The notes beneath the pieces are model-generated. The model did not search any database, was not told the origin of the DNA, and was given only the letters and a program-made list of their open reading frames with translations. A stretch of 64,000 nt of DNA from the human T2T-CHM13v2.0 reference genome, Homo sapiens, in assembly GCF_009914755.1 (NCBI RefSeq), contig NC_060930.1; one strand, 5' to 3'. The position numbers were made by a program, and so were the translations under genes. Positions 1-19,267 of the stretch are shown piece after piece (position 1 is the first letter of the stretch; each line of letters starts with the position of its first letter).

Positions 1-960
1 GCAAAGAAAACTGAGAACAGACGGCCAGAGATGTAAGATGGAATCTAGGCTAGTATGGTATCTCGGAGGCCAACTGAAGAAAGTGCTGTCTGTAAGAAGG
101 AGAAAGTAATGAATTAGGTCAAGTGCTACTGAGAGTCAAGATGAGAAATGAAAATGATTCCTTAAATGTAGTGATGTAGAGATAACTAGTGACCTTGACA
201 AGAACAATTCTGAAGTACTGGCATAATATGTCTGAATGGAGTCAGCTCAAGAAAGAAGGGGAAAAGAGAAGCTAGTGAATGCAAATACAGACTACGTATG
301 TTTTAGGAATGATCCAGTAGAAAGCTAAAACTGATGATGCAAGAGACAGGGGAGAATTGCTCAGAGGAGCAGATGGGATATAATGCACAGGCAGAAAGGT
401 ACACCTTTGGCCAGAAGTATGGATAGTTTAGCCAGAGTAACAGAAGAAAGCAGAGTAGATGGGCACAGATGTTGTGGAAGCTGTCTTCCGATTACTCCAA
501 TTTTCTCAGAGAAAGAGCAAACAAGATCAGCTGAGAGTGAGGAGTGGCGAGGAGGTGTTTGAAGTCTGAGGAGAGGCTACAGTATAAAATTAAGACATAT
601 AGGAGGAAAGAGATGAACTACAATACAGTACAACTGTCCAATAGCACTAAACATGCACGTGAGGATAGTAAACCTGTGCTATCTCCAGCCACACTCAGCT
701 GCATTGGTACAGGCAAGGAGTAAGCCGAGTGTCAGCTTTCATTAGGCTTGTGGTTTAGCCAAGCAAGCTTGAGAGAGAGGCTAGAAAGATGAAAATTATT
801 CCCAAAAGAATTATAATAGTTGATTGGAATTAAGTGGAGGGAGAAAGAAAAAAGGACCTAAGAGGACTGAGGACCAGTGAAAAGGTGGGAGGCTCAAAAA
901 ATTCAAGGTCACAGTAAGGAAATGAAGAGAGAGTTTAGAGGACGTGGGAGACACAAATGA
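1..960 (-). mobile_element. LINE-2 remnant
   Basis: Purine-rich diverged L2-type sequence (GTGACCTTGACAAGAACAATT). Confidence 0.55.
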
Positions 961-1671
961 TAGAATTTTAGAGAAGTACATTTTAGAATTCAGAGCAACT
1001 CAAAATATTTTCAGTAAAACTGGAATTTGAGAATAACTAGCCAAGCAGTAACCATCTTAAAATAAATAAAACTATTCTTGAGGTGGGAGAAATAGATCAG
1101 TAAAAGTATTTTTCAATAAATGCAGGGTAAATACATGTGCATATAGACACACACATATCTTTAAGTTTCAATTAATAATGAAATGCTTATAATGCCACTA
1201 TATTTTGAGAAGTACAATATTTCTAAGTTACAGTATTATTTCTACTATCTTTTTGATGACCACAAATTACATGTCCCACTACTACTTCACATTTCGGAAA
1301 ACTAAGGAACTTTTAACATAGCTTCTTAAATCAGAGCCTCTGTAGAAGAGAACAAAAACTAGGGTGTTCGTGATGAAGAAATGTTTAAATACATTTACAA
1401 TAATTTCTAATACTACTTGATCTAGTAGTATGCATGTAAAAGTGATTTTTCAAGTTAAGAATGACATTCACTGTAATACAATATGCCATCTTTTTATTCA
1501 TAATTATGTAGGAATTCTAAGACTTGGAAGCAGGTCTTCAATAACTCTTTAATCAGGGTACCTACATGAAGAATGACGCACCTGTAAACTCAAATTGCAG
1601 TCAATCATATGAAATGAAGGAATTAAAATGCAAATGGGGACATTATTCATTACTTCCTGATTATAATTTCA

Positions 1672-1809
<138 letters not shown>

Positions 1810-3304
1810 CTATATATAAAAAAGTAAACCACAGCTTAAAATTTCCTTAATACAAATTAAATCCTGATTAATGTTTTATTTTCCCTAAGTTATATACTAA
1901 ATTTGTAGGTGCCTAAGTTTTTTATTTTACAAAGATTACAATAATGTACTCTTGGATTTCAACTTTGATCAATGCCATGCACCTACCTAAGAATCTAGCT
2001 TACATTGGAGTCTAGATAGTCTTGAAGAAAACAGCAAATATTTCTCTAGAGAAACATATGAAATAAAATAGTATCATTTCTCATAATTATGTAAAACATA
2101 CTCATGTTCTTACAGTAGTGATGTAAACTTCCAGTGACTGTTAGTCTGAAGACTGAGACTAGTATACCATAGAATAATTGTTAGAACATTTTAAATATTA
2201 AGAGGATAGATTATGAATGTCTTTCTACAAACTGGAGGCATAATACTCAAAGTATCTGCTGGACAAAAATGTTAGAATTTAGAGAAAAAAAGGAAACGTA
2301 TTCTCCTCAAATTAGACAAGGAACAGAGAAGCAAAATTACAACTGCAATAACTTATATATCCTAAAGTTTTAAGTAATCTGACTACAGAGACTAAGTTGT
2401 TTTCTTACGCACACACCTTTAAGGCCTAGGCTTCTATATATGACTGGTATCCAAATACGATGGTAAACTTTTAGTAGATTAGTTCAAGCTGCTTTGCGTA
2501 AGAAATTTTCAATAGATTGAATAAACAACGTTTTACCATTTAGGAAATTACTTAGTCTATATTTAAGGAGATTGTAAGATTCTTCTACTGAACAAACTGT
2601 TTCAAAATTCAGGCACTTTCATAGATATTTGAACTTTTTAAAGCCAAGATACCACTTCACAGTTTTTGTTAATGTACCAAAAACCAGAGGCGTAAAATAT
2701 TCCAAATAATTCTAAAGGCGCTTGATTCACAGACTAGGAAAATTTGATAATCATTTAAAAGGGTTCTTCTAAATAGAAGAAAGTTTAACTTTTTACTGGG
2801 ATATAAAAACCTGAAAATAGGCCAAATAGTAAAAGTCACTCAAATAAATGTGTCTGAGAATGCAACCTATTGCCTTGCATAAATGACTAAATGCTTGATG
2901 AAAATTGGTATCAGAAAAATGTAAAATTTAGTTTATCATGTATTGAAGTCATAATATTAATATATCCAAGTCCTGTGATGGCTTTAGAGACTATCTATTT
3001 CAGTTTCTCCCACATTACAAATGAGGCAACAGGCCCAGAGACAAACATACTTGTCCACTAATGTAAGCAAAAAGAAAAAAGCAAGTCTAGAAACCTAGTC
3101 TAGCCATCTTTCCAGTGATAAAGACTAGATTTTCCCTCTCGAAATGTTTCCTCTTCTGACTATGAGTAATAAATGCCCATTCTCACTTAGAAAACATAGC
3201 AATATATAAAGCAGAATATAGTAATAACATCCCTTTTAAAATTCCATTAAAACTCAGCACATATTAAATTCCCCTAAATCCAAAGCCCCTCAAAAGAAGG
3301 ATTA

Positions 3305-3637
<333 letters not shown>

Positions 3638-4104
3638 TTATTTACTGACAACTGATAGAAAGCAAGCAAGCAAGCTGTCCTGGTCAATGCTGAACAGTCT
3701 CCACAATGATACTAATGGTAGTAATATTAAAGGCAGTATAGGAAACTGGTAAAAACAGCTAAGATTACTCAGATGATGGTACTGTTTGATAAATCTATGA
3801 ATGACCTAAATAATTAGGCAGACATTTGTTTTTAGACTTGTGGAATAATGTAAAAAATGGCCATTAGTCACATGATTATAAACAAGGCATAGAAATGAAA
3901 TAACTAAGAGTGGCGCTAAAATTAAGAAGGTAAGTAATTTTCCTTCATGAAAAGCTATTTTCCCAAGCAAATGTAAAGTAACTTTACTAATGAAGAGGAT
4001 GCATTCTAACATCATATGTGGTTAAAAACAACATTACCAGAACTATAAAAGAAACAGGACAGATGCAAGGACATTGAGTCCATAAGTCAATATGACTTAA
4101 GATA

Positions 4105-4285
4105 TGAGCATTCAAGTCAGAAGCATCTGGATTTGAATCCCAGCTCTACCACTTACTAATCTTGTGACCTTAAGCAAGTTATTTAACCTCTCTAGGCCTC
4201 AGTTTCCTAATCTGTAAAATGAGGCAACAGTACTCACCTTCTAAGGGTGGGTGAGAATATAAACAGGAAAAATATGTGAAGCATT
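4105..4285 (+). mobile_element. MIR
   Basis: Core TTTGAATCCCAGCTCTACCACTTACT...CCTCAGTTTCCTAATCTGTAAAATG. Confidence 0.8.
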
Positions 4286-4716
4286 ATTATTCTTTGCTTC
4301 TTCTCCTTGATGAGGCCCTTGCTTCTTCAGGAGAAAAGGGCTATAACTCTCCAGTTATATTAACCATGTCAGAGATTTTATGTATGTATTTTTTTATTTT
4401 TTCCATGATCCAGCCTGATGCTTCTCCCTAAGAGAGAGCCAACTGTCTAGGTTGCGTACTGATGGCCTTTCCCTAATCAGCGGAGCCAGTGAACATCCTC
4501 AGCCGCATGTGTAGACCAGGACTACTCTCAATCCTGCTCTGCTGGACTCTGGGGCAGGGACAGGGCAGAGTCTGATAATAGCAAAGCAGTCTCTTAACAA
4601 AGAATTGTACATTTTAATGTTAGAGATAAATGATATTCTTTAGGGAAGGGGACAGGAGTAGTCTTCCAAGTAGAAAACACAAAAAGTACTTTTAAGAAAA
4701 ATTTCTTTTTACGAAC

Positions 4717-4845
4717 CATTATGAACAGCCCACATGATTCGGAAAGCTGGGCCACCAATCTCATCAAAGGGTTTCCGACGCGTTATCACTTCCCAAAGAA
4801 TAATACCCCAGCTGAAGACGTCACATTTTTCACTGTAATTACTAC
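4717..4845 (-). CDS. MAP3K7: TAK1 exon 7 (subdomains IX-X)
   Basis: 129 nt, [42 protein letters not shown](G); acceptor T-tract CTAG, donor GTTCGT. Confidence 0.97.
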
Positions 4846-5194
4846 CTAGAAAAAAAAAAGGTAGTATATAACCTAAAGACTATTTTTCCACATGACTTAC
4901 AGAAACAATGGCTTAAATTTTGAGAATGGGTATCAGGGATAAAAATGAGGCTGTCACATGTAGAACTAAGAAACTACTCTTTCTGAAGTACTTTGTCTTT
5001 TCAACAAGTACATTTTTAAATGAATTAAGTATCAACAATACACTAAAAAACTACTTCAGAAACTCAGTTATTTTCTATCTTTTTTCATCAAGAGGCAGTT
5101 TTTTCATCAAGAGGCACAGGACTTGACTTTTATGTATTTAGACTGATACTTTCTCTGGGGCAGAGTATGAAACATCTGTACATTCCTTTATGTT

Positions 5195-5553
<359 letters not shown>

Positions 5554-6470
5554 TAGTGTTACAGTTTTTTCCTCAATATATGGTGAAGGGAAATTCTTAA
5601 TTTATAAACTTAAACATTACGTTGTAAGTAACGAAAATTATGGATAACCTGAGTTACACAGCAAAATTTACAAACTAAGTAGGTGGTTGAATCAGCCAGC
5701 ACAATAAGCACCCGTCATAATCTCCCAAAAACAAACAAACACTCAACTCACTGTAAGAATGAACAATTATTATAGCTATAGCTTTACATGCTAAGCAGTA
5801 CACTGTAATACAGCACTACAACCATGCTACAGTCTAATTTGGGCTACAGGTTGACTGACATCTTTCAGAAATGAAGAAACTTACACAGCCTAACAGTCTG
5901 CATTTTGTTGCTCTAGACAATTAAGGGTTGTCTAGAGCAATAAAATTAATCTTTTGTATAAACAAATCTTTTTGCTCTCCACATACAGTAACATTGGGTC
6001 ATTTTAACTCACATAAAGGTATATTAAATAAGTAAATAATTTTAAAACAATGTCAAATGTATACATTCTGTATATGAAACAGGAGGCATTATTTAATCTT
6101 GTGTAATATAACACCTGATTATTCATTTATTACTAAATTGAATTTTAGGGCAAAAGAGCTCCACTCAGGTGACTAGTTGCATTGCAATTTCTCTTCCTCT
6201 GGGGTGGCTAAAAACAAACAGAAAACCCTTTAAAGTCATCAAAACTGAAAGAAATAAGCTATAACCAGAGTCTGATTAACTGAATGTATCTGAATTTTAT
6301 GGGCATTTACACTTCCTAACATACAAATCACATACCTTCAGTTCAACTTCTTTCATTTAAAAGATAATTTGATGTTTTTATACAGAAACCTAGCATATAA
6401 TTTACAGACAACTCTTTTAAAACTTCAGTGACATATGGAGGTATAAAAGAAGGTAAACATATAAGCTTGA

Positions 6471-6812
<342 letters not shown>

Positions 6813-6893
6813 TATTTGCATTCTTTTTAAGGCATCCTCATTTAAACTTTAGGGCTCTCAATTTTTAATTGCTAGGAAACCAATACAAAAGCA

Positions 6894-7553
6894 CAGTTAA
6901 TTCTCATTATTCCTGGTATTTATGTTCTATAAAGTTTCTGAGAACACTGAATTAGTGAACACTGAATCACTGCTCCTAAGGAAAATACAGGGGTAGGTTC
7001 CTGTGTGCCTCTGGTCACCATGTTTTTGTCAACTGATCAATATATAGCCTTGTTTCATGCGTATTTCTGCTTAAAGACACCTTATTCATATATACTGTTG
7101 ATTTATTACCATTGAACTCATAGTCAACATTTCTGTAACTCATGCCTGAATGAAGATAATTTAACATATGTATATTGTCTGTTAAGATACATCATAGCCT
7201 TCTTGTACTTAGGCAGTACTATGCTTGAGGGCCATTTTAAGTAGCAAAATTACCAACAAAAATCACAAAAATGAAAAAGGGCTCTGAACAGCACAAAAAA
7301 GGACACCTGCTTACAGCATGAGAGCTGAAACAAGACGGAAAAACGTTGTCTTGTTCAACCTCAGCTGGAAGCATGCGTTAGATGACTCAAAATTTGCACT
7401 GCTCAGCGCATGCACACTGTCTGCGAGTACATGAAAGCACTGTCTGCAAATAACCATGAAAGCACCATGAGTATTAATTTTGGGGTTACAAATAAATGTT
7501 AGCAAATAGGCAATTTTGCAATTAAGAAATTGGTGAACAATGAGGATCAACTG
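6894..7553. mobile_element. MER82-like non-autonomous Tigger DNA transposon
   Basis: ~660 bp with TIRs CAGTTAATTCTCATTATTC / GAACAATGAGGATCAACTG, TA at the right end. Confidence 0.8.
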
Positions 7554-7732
7554 TACATATGCTTAGAAGCATAGAAGATTTAAATCTTACTATAAAATTT
7601 AGGATATAACACTATATTTAATATCCCCTTAGATTTCATTGTATACTTTATGTATTATGCAGAAATAAAACCATGGAAATGGGGAAAATCTATAAAAACA
7701 TATGAATTCACAAGGAGTGAGGGAGATTATCA

Positions 7733-7915
<183 letters not shown>

Positions 7916-9300
7916 TTACAAGGCCAACATTTTATTCTACAATAAAAGAAGAGACATTTGTGGAAATGGAAAAGGTTAAGCAAAATGAATGTTATCATTC
8001 AACTTCTGTGAAATGACTAATTTACTTGGTCACTATAAAAGCCTAATAGTTCAGAGAAATAATAAGCAAAAATTAATTAACCATAACCTAGCTCTCTTTG
8101 GAAGGCTGCTAGACTCACATTCTGATGTCTTCATCTCTAGCTCCAAAATCTTTCCTGATCATACTTCTATCTGGCCAAAATAAAACGTGGGGTTTAAAAA
8201 ACTTCTGTTAGGTCAACATTACGGTATCCTGAAATGGGAGTTTAATCATAAATATGTATTACTTAAAAAATAGTAACACTATATAAAGAAAATAATCCAA
8301 TATAGAAGGAAAAAAATGGTCTGTAATTTAATGTCTTTATTTTGAAGATACTTCTAAAAATGTTCAATCCCAAAACCATTTTTGTGCTTAGACTATGAAT
8401 GTGTGGGAGGAATACAAATCTATTATAGCTAAAATGACCTAATGAGAGATTTCTGGAAAATTTTCTGAACTTAAGATTCGGACTTTCCTAGGTGTACTAT
8501 TACCCAACTACAGTCACCAAGTAGCATACTCTTACTTACAAGGTTTTGCTTTTCATGACAAAGAGAAATAGAAATGGGTAATATAATTTGCACCATCACA
8601 TTGTAGTAATATCCAATAGCAGTACATAGGAATTCATTTTAATTACAAGTTTTATAAACTTTTTACATCTGGAGAGACTATTTGGAAATTTCTTCTCTTT
8701 TAGTCCAATGTGACTAAAATAAGTCAGATAAACTACTATTCACAGTTCCATAATACCAAAAAGACTCTCATAATCATTCCAGTGAAAAGAATGCTAAATC
8801 CAGTATACCTCTATATGTACTTCAACAAAGCTTTTTTCCCGCATCTCAATGTTCTTGTTCAAACTCTTACACTTTTTACCCAAGAAAATTATAAGAACTC
8901 TGTAACTAGTTTCCTTGTTTTATACTGGTATATTCAAGATATCAAGATAATTTCTGATGATTCAAGATAATTTTCCTGAATGAGTTTTATGTTAGTACTC
9001 CTTTACTCGACTTCAAAAGTTCACCAGCCTTGAACAGGAAATTCAGGGCTCACTGAAATCTGAACTTAAATTATCTTTGTAGGCTTACTTTCACACTGTT
9101 AAGATTAAAAACACATTTTAATTTCTAATGTAAATGTGAATAAACTTGCAAAAGATAAAATACAAGCACAAGCACAACTTGATAGTGTATAAAACACCTC
9201 CCTAGATCATCAGGTACCTTCTTTAGATACCATTTTGAGGAACTCTTCCTGACCACAGAATCTGTAGGTTTTCCACTGACAATAAGATATAGCAGGTATT

Positions 9301-9653
<353 letters not shown>

Positions 9654-11333
9654 TTATATATAAAATCATAGCCATTCCAAAGAATTTCTTTTACCCAGTA
9701 CTTTCTGAACTAGAATCAATTCTGATTCTAAAGTCCAACTTGTATACCAGGGGCTCCAAAGACGATTTGCAAGATGAATCCAATCATGGAGAGGCCTGGA
9801 ATAAATGACCTAGACCAGACCTTCTGTAAATATGTTAATGGTATTTACTAGCAAAAGGAGAATCTCTATCTACAAATGATTTTAGAAGGTTATATCTGGT
9901 CTAACTAGGTTGATTAAATAAACCTAAAATTCATGGGGTGTAGTTGGATGAAGATTAGGGATAGTCATTTAAACCATGTAATTAGTGCAATGTAAAAGAT
10001 GTTAGAAAATGGAAATGACTTCCTTTTGTAAGATATTTCTCCATATATTGTTCAATAACTAATCATTTATTCCAAAGCCAAAACATACTGTAACGAGGAG
10101 AAAAGGGATACTTTTGGGTGTTGCATCAGATGCGTTCAGACTCTTTTAGGAAAAGAATGCTTTGGCTGTATCTGATGCTTGCCTATATCCTTTGGATCAT
10201 TTGTCAATTTGTTGCTGGTTAAGAGCTGTGATTCTCATAAGTTTGCTTTAATAATTCAACTCTGTTAATATAGTGGAAAAAGGATGACTGAATATTCACA
10301 ATGAAGAAAAAAAGGCTAAGTGATTTTTTCATTAGTTAAGGCAGGTAACTAAGATAATAGCCTCAGGAAAAATAAAAGCTTAAACATTATTTTATCAGTG
10401 ACCTGGGGAAACAGAAATCAGTTTAAGTTTGGGAGTAGAGATAAGATACATAGCAAGAACAGTGATTCTAAGAGTTGGAACCTATGTAGAGTATATCAGA
10501 TTAGACCTGAGAGTGACAAGTTGCACCCAGAAGGGATGTTTTAATGCTTTAACCAGTATCAAGAGAATGGAATAACTGAAGACTATACTGATTTCCTAAG
10601 GGAAACCTCTTCTGTAAAGACTAATGTGCTGGGGTGGGAGCTTGGGGGAGGGTAAAGAAGATACGTGGAGACTATTTTTACTGTGTCACAGGTGCATAAA
10701 AGAAAAAAAAAGAGAGAAAAGGAAACAATATGTTTTATGTGTATGTTTTCTTTAACTGAATACCTATACAAACAAAACCCCCAAAGTTTTAGTCTTTTAA
10801 AATACTTATCTAAGGAATTTATAAGTTTTTTAAAGTCCCAAGTATTCACATTATGAAGAATCCAGAATATTTAAAATTTCTACCCAGATGCCAAGAAATG
10901 CCCTTTTACTTTCCTCTGAAAGAGCAAGTAATAACAACTCTGCAAATTTCTGTAGAATGTTTATGTGCTAGGTGTTAGGGACACAGCAAGAAAAACGTCA
11001 GACCTATCTCTGCCCCCAAGGAATTGTCTAACAGCAACATTATATACTGCAGGCACAAAATGAGATTTTTATAGGCTAACAGATTCTAGAAGTATGCTAA
11101 TCTAAGGTAGAGGTTACCAAAAATAAAAATCCCACTAAAGACAACATCTAAAATACAAGCTTAGATAAATGACTAAATGATGAAGGTGAGTTAAAAGTAA
11201 ACACTGAGTAAGCCAAATAGAGAAAAGAGAAACTCCTGTACAATAATGAGCTTGAATTAGAGAGTGGGTTCGGGGTGGTGAGAGTGAGAGAGAAGGAGGA
11301 AGAGGCTGAGGGGTGTCACATTATTATAACTTA

Positions 11334-11918
<585 letters not shown>

Positions 11919-12880
11919 TTTTAATTTTTCTTCTAAATAAAAAGGATGAAAATATCTACTAATTTTGAGTGGATAATTGCCATGATATTAACATTTAATA
12001 GTACATCTATTAAATGTTATTCCTACATTGAAGTAAAATCAATATACATTACCACATTTTTTCAAACAGATAAAGACTTTTATAAAGTAATATAAATTAT
12101 GAGCAGTCTTATGGCACACTACTACAAGAGAGAGGCAGAGAACAGTACAGAAAGAAACAAAACAATGTATATCAAGATGTTTGCACCTGTATTTTCTGTA
12201 ATGGCTAAAAACCAGAAGTAGTTCAATCAAATAAGACAATGGGGTATTAGATATCCATCACAATGATGAACACATGGGCAGTAAATATAAGTAAAAGTTT
12301 ACATAAAATAATACTAATTAAAAAATAAAATGTAACAATTTGTTTTATATAACTGGTGCTACAAGAGACAATACATTTCTGCATATGGTTGGTATTTTTA
12401 GGGTAAAAGAACTCTGTTCTCCAATGTAACTACACAAAGTTTTTTTTCATTACTACAAATAAAAGGTTGTGTGAAGTGAGTTTTCACATTTTTTTTTGAA
12501 AAAAAAGAAAAAATAAAGCAGAGTGAAATCGAAATATGGTTAAAGAATTCTAAAATGAGGAGGCTCAAAGTTATGAGAGGGCAAAAAGAAAAAAATCTGA
12601 AGATATTTTAAAATCTATTTAAAAAGTAAACTTTTACTTAAATGCTTTTAATGAAATGCAAAGTACCATCTACTTAAAAAATTGATAGACCTCTAAATTT
12701 CACATACTAATGTTATAGAATCTTATCTTTCCATTTTTATTCTTAGCAGATTTTTAAAAATTATGCCCTTTTGGGACTCTGACGGCAAATTGTGAAGAAT
12801 GTTAAACAACTTAGGGTTTATATTAAAATTTTTCAAATTATTTTAATCCACTAGATAAAGACAGGTCTAATGACACTCAC

Positions 12881-12926
12881 CATTATATAAAGAGCCCCCT
12901 TCAGCATATTCCATCACAAGACACAC
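12881..12926 (-). CDS. MAP3K7: TAK1 exon 4 (aa 100-115; gatekeeper M104, hinge)
   Basis: 46 nt, VCLVMEYAEGGSLYN(V); acceptor TTTAG, donor GTGAGT. Confidence 0.97.
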
Positions 12927-14374
12927 CTAAAGGAAACATATATCAGAAGCATTAACCAAGAAGCTCCATCATCTTAGGGCCTTTGAGAGAGAATTTAATT
13001 CACTCCCCTGATTTTATAGATATATTAAAAATCATTCTTTTGGCCCCTACTATGTGAATAGTACTAGGGAAGGAAAAGGTATCTATGACCTAAGACTAAG
13101 ACTGTCTTCTAGGAGTCCACTAACAGTGAAGATGTATGTAAAATACAATCACAGGATATTCTGGGGACTTTCTCCAGTGCCAGTAAGTAGGTGCTGCCAC
13201 AGGACATCAAAAGCCTCATAAGAAGATGAGGTTATTGGACAAAATCACCTAAAAGAACTCTTCCGATACAGTTTTGCTAAAAGACTAGAAACAAGTCAAA
13301 TGAACAAACTATAACTGTTCTTTCAGAAATACATCTAAGATAGCAGATCAAAATAGCTACATAGGAGGTTCCAAGATGGCCAAATAGGAAAAGCTCCAGT
13401 CTACAGCTACCAGCGTAAGCGACGCAGAAGATAGGTGATTTCTGCATTTCCAACTGAGGTACAGGGTTCATCTCACTGGGGCTTGTCAGACAGTGGGTGC
13501 AGCCCATGGAGTGTGAGTCGAAGCAGGGCAGGGCGTCGCCTCACCCGGGAAGCACAAGGGGTTGGGGAATTCACTTTCCTAGACAAGGGAAGCTGTGACA
13601 GATGGTACCTGGAAAATTGGAACACTCCCACCCTAACACTGTGCTTTTCCAACGGTCTTAGCAAACACCACACCAGGAGATTATATCCTGCACCTGGCTC
13701 GGAGGGTCCCATGCCCACGGTGCCTCACTCACTGCTAGCACAGCAGTCTGAGATCCAACTGCAAGGCGGCAGCGACGCTGGGAGAGGGGCGTCTACCATT
13801 GCTGAGGCTTGAGTAGGTAAACAAAGCAGCCAGGAAGTTCGAACTGGGTGGAGCCCACCACAGCTCAAGGAGGCCTGCCCGCCTCTGTAGACTCCACCTC
13901 TGGGGGCAGGGCATAGCTGAACAAAAGGCAGCAGAAACTTCTGCAGACTTAAACATCCCTGTCTGACAGCTTTGAAGAGAGCAGTGATTCTCCCAGCATG
14001 GAGTTTGAGATCTGAGAACGGACAGACTGCCTTCTCAAGTGGGTCCCTGACCCCTGAGTAGCCTAACTGGGAGACACCTTCCAGTAGGGGCAGATTGACA
14101 CCTCATACAGCCAGGTGCCCCTCTGAGACGAAGCTTCCAGAGGAAGGATCAAGCAGCAACATTTGCTGTTCTGCAGTATTTGCTGTTCTGCAGCCTCTGC
14201 TGATGATACCCAGACAAACACGGTCTGGAGTGGACCTCCAGCAAACTCCAACAAACCTGCAGCTGAGGTCCTGACTGTTAGAAGGAAAACTAATAAACAG
14301 AAAGGACATCCACATCAAAACCCCATCTGTATGTCACCATCATCAAAGACCAAAGGTAGATAAAAACCACAAAA

Positions 14375-15386
14375 ATGGGGAGAAACCAGAGCAGAAAAGC
14401 TGAAAATTCTAAAAATCAGAGCACCTCTTCTCCTCCAAAGCTCCTTGCCAGCAACGGAACAAAGCTGGATGGAGAATGACTTTGATGAGTTGAGAGAAGA
14501 AGGCTTCAGACAATCGGTAATAACAAACTTCTCCAAGCGAAAGGAGGATGTTTGAACCCATCACAAACAAGCTAAATACCTTGAAAAGAGATTAGCTGAA
14601 TGGCTAACTAGAATAAACAGCATAGAGAAGACCTTAAATGACCTGATGGAGCTGAAAACCATGGCACAAGAACTACGTGACACATGCACAAGCTTCAGTA
14701 GCTGATTTGATCAAGTGGAAGAAAGGGTATCAGTGATTGAAGATCAAATGAATGAAATGAAGCAAGAAGAGAAGTTTAGAGAAAAAAGAGTAAAAAGAAA
14801 CAAAGACTCCAAGAAATATGGGACTATGTGAAAAGACCAAATCTACATCTCATTAGTGTACCTGAAAGTGATGGAGAGAATGGAACCAAGTTGGAAAACC
14901 CTCTTCAGGATAATCCAGGAGAACTTCCCCAACCTAGCAACGCAGGCCAACATTCAAATTCAGGAAATACAGAGAACGCCACAAAGATACTCCTCGAGAA
15001 GAGCAACTCCAAGATACATAATCGTCAGATTCACCAAAGTTGAAATGAAGGAAAAAATGTTAAGGGCAGCCAGAGAGAAAGGTCGGGTTACCCACAAAGG
15101 GAAGCCCATCAGACTAACAGTGGATCTCTCAGCAGAAACTCTATAAGCCAGAAGAGAGTGGGGGCCAATAGTCAACATTCTTAAAGAAAAGAATTTTCAA
15201 CCCAGAATTTCATATCCAGCCAAACTAAGCTTCATAGGTGAGGGAGAAATAAAATCCTTTACAGACAAACAAATGCTGACAGATTTTGTCACTACCAGGC
15301 CTGCTGAACAAGAGCTCCTGAAGGAAGCACTAAACATGGAAAGGAACAACCGGTACCAGCCATTGCAAAAACATGCCAAATTGTAA
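14375..15386 (+). pseudogene. L1 ORF1p, disrupted
   Basis: ATGGGGAGAAACCAG start and ...GCCAAATTGTAA end; only a fragment is open (14856-15146 IIQENFPNLA...KGKPIRLTVDLSAETL). Confidence 0.9.
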
Positions 15387-15449
15387 AGACCATTGATGCC
15401 AGGAAGAAACTGCATCAACTAACAAGCAAAATAACCAGCTAACATCATA

Positions 15450-19267
<3,818 letters not shown>

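Noticed and set aside
5080-5116. Tandem duplication TTTTTTCATCAAGAGGCA x2 (19-nt period)
   Set aside because: Simple slippage duplication; two copies, no spacers, not CRISPR-like
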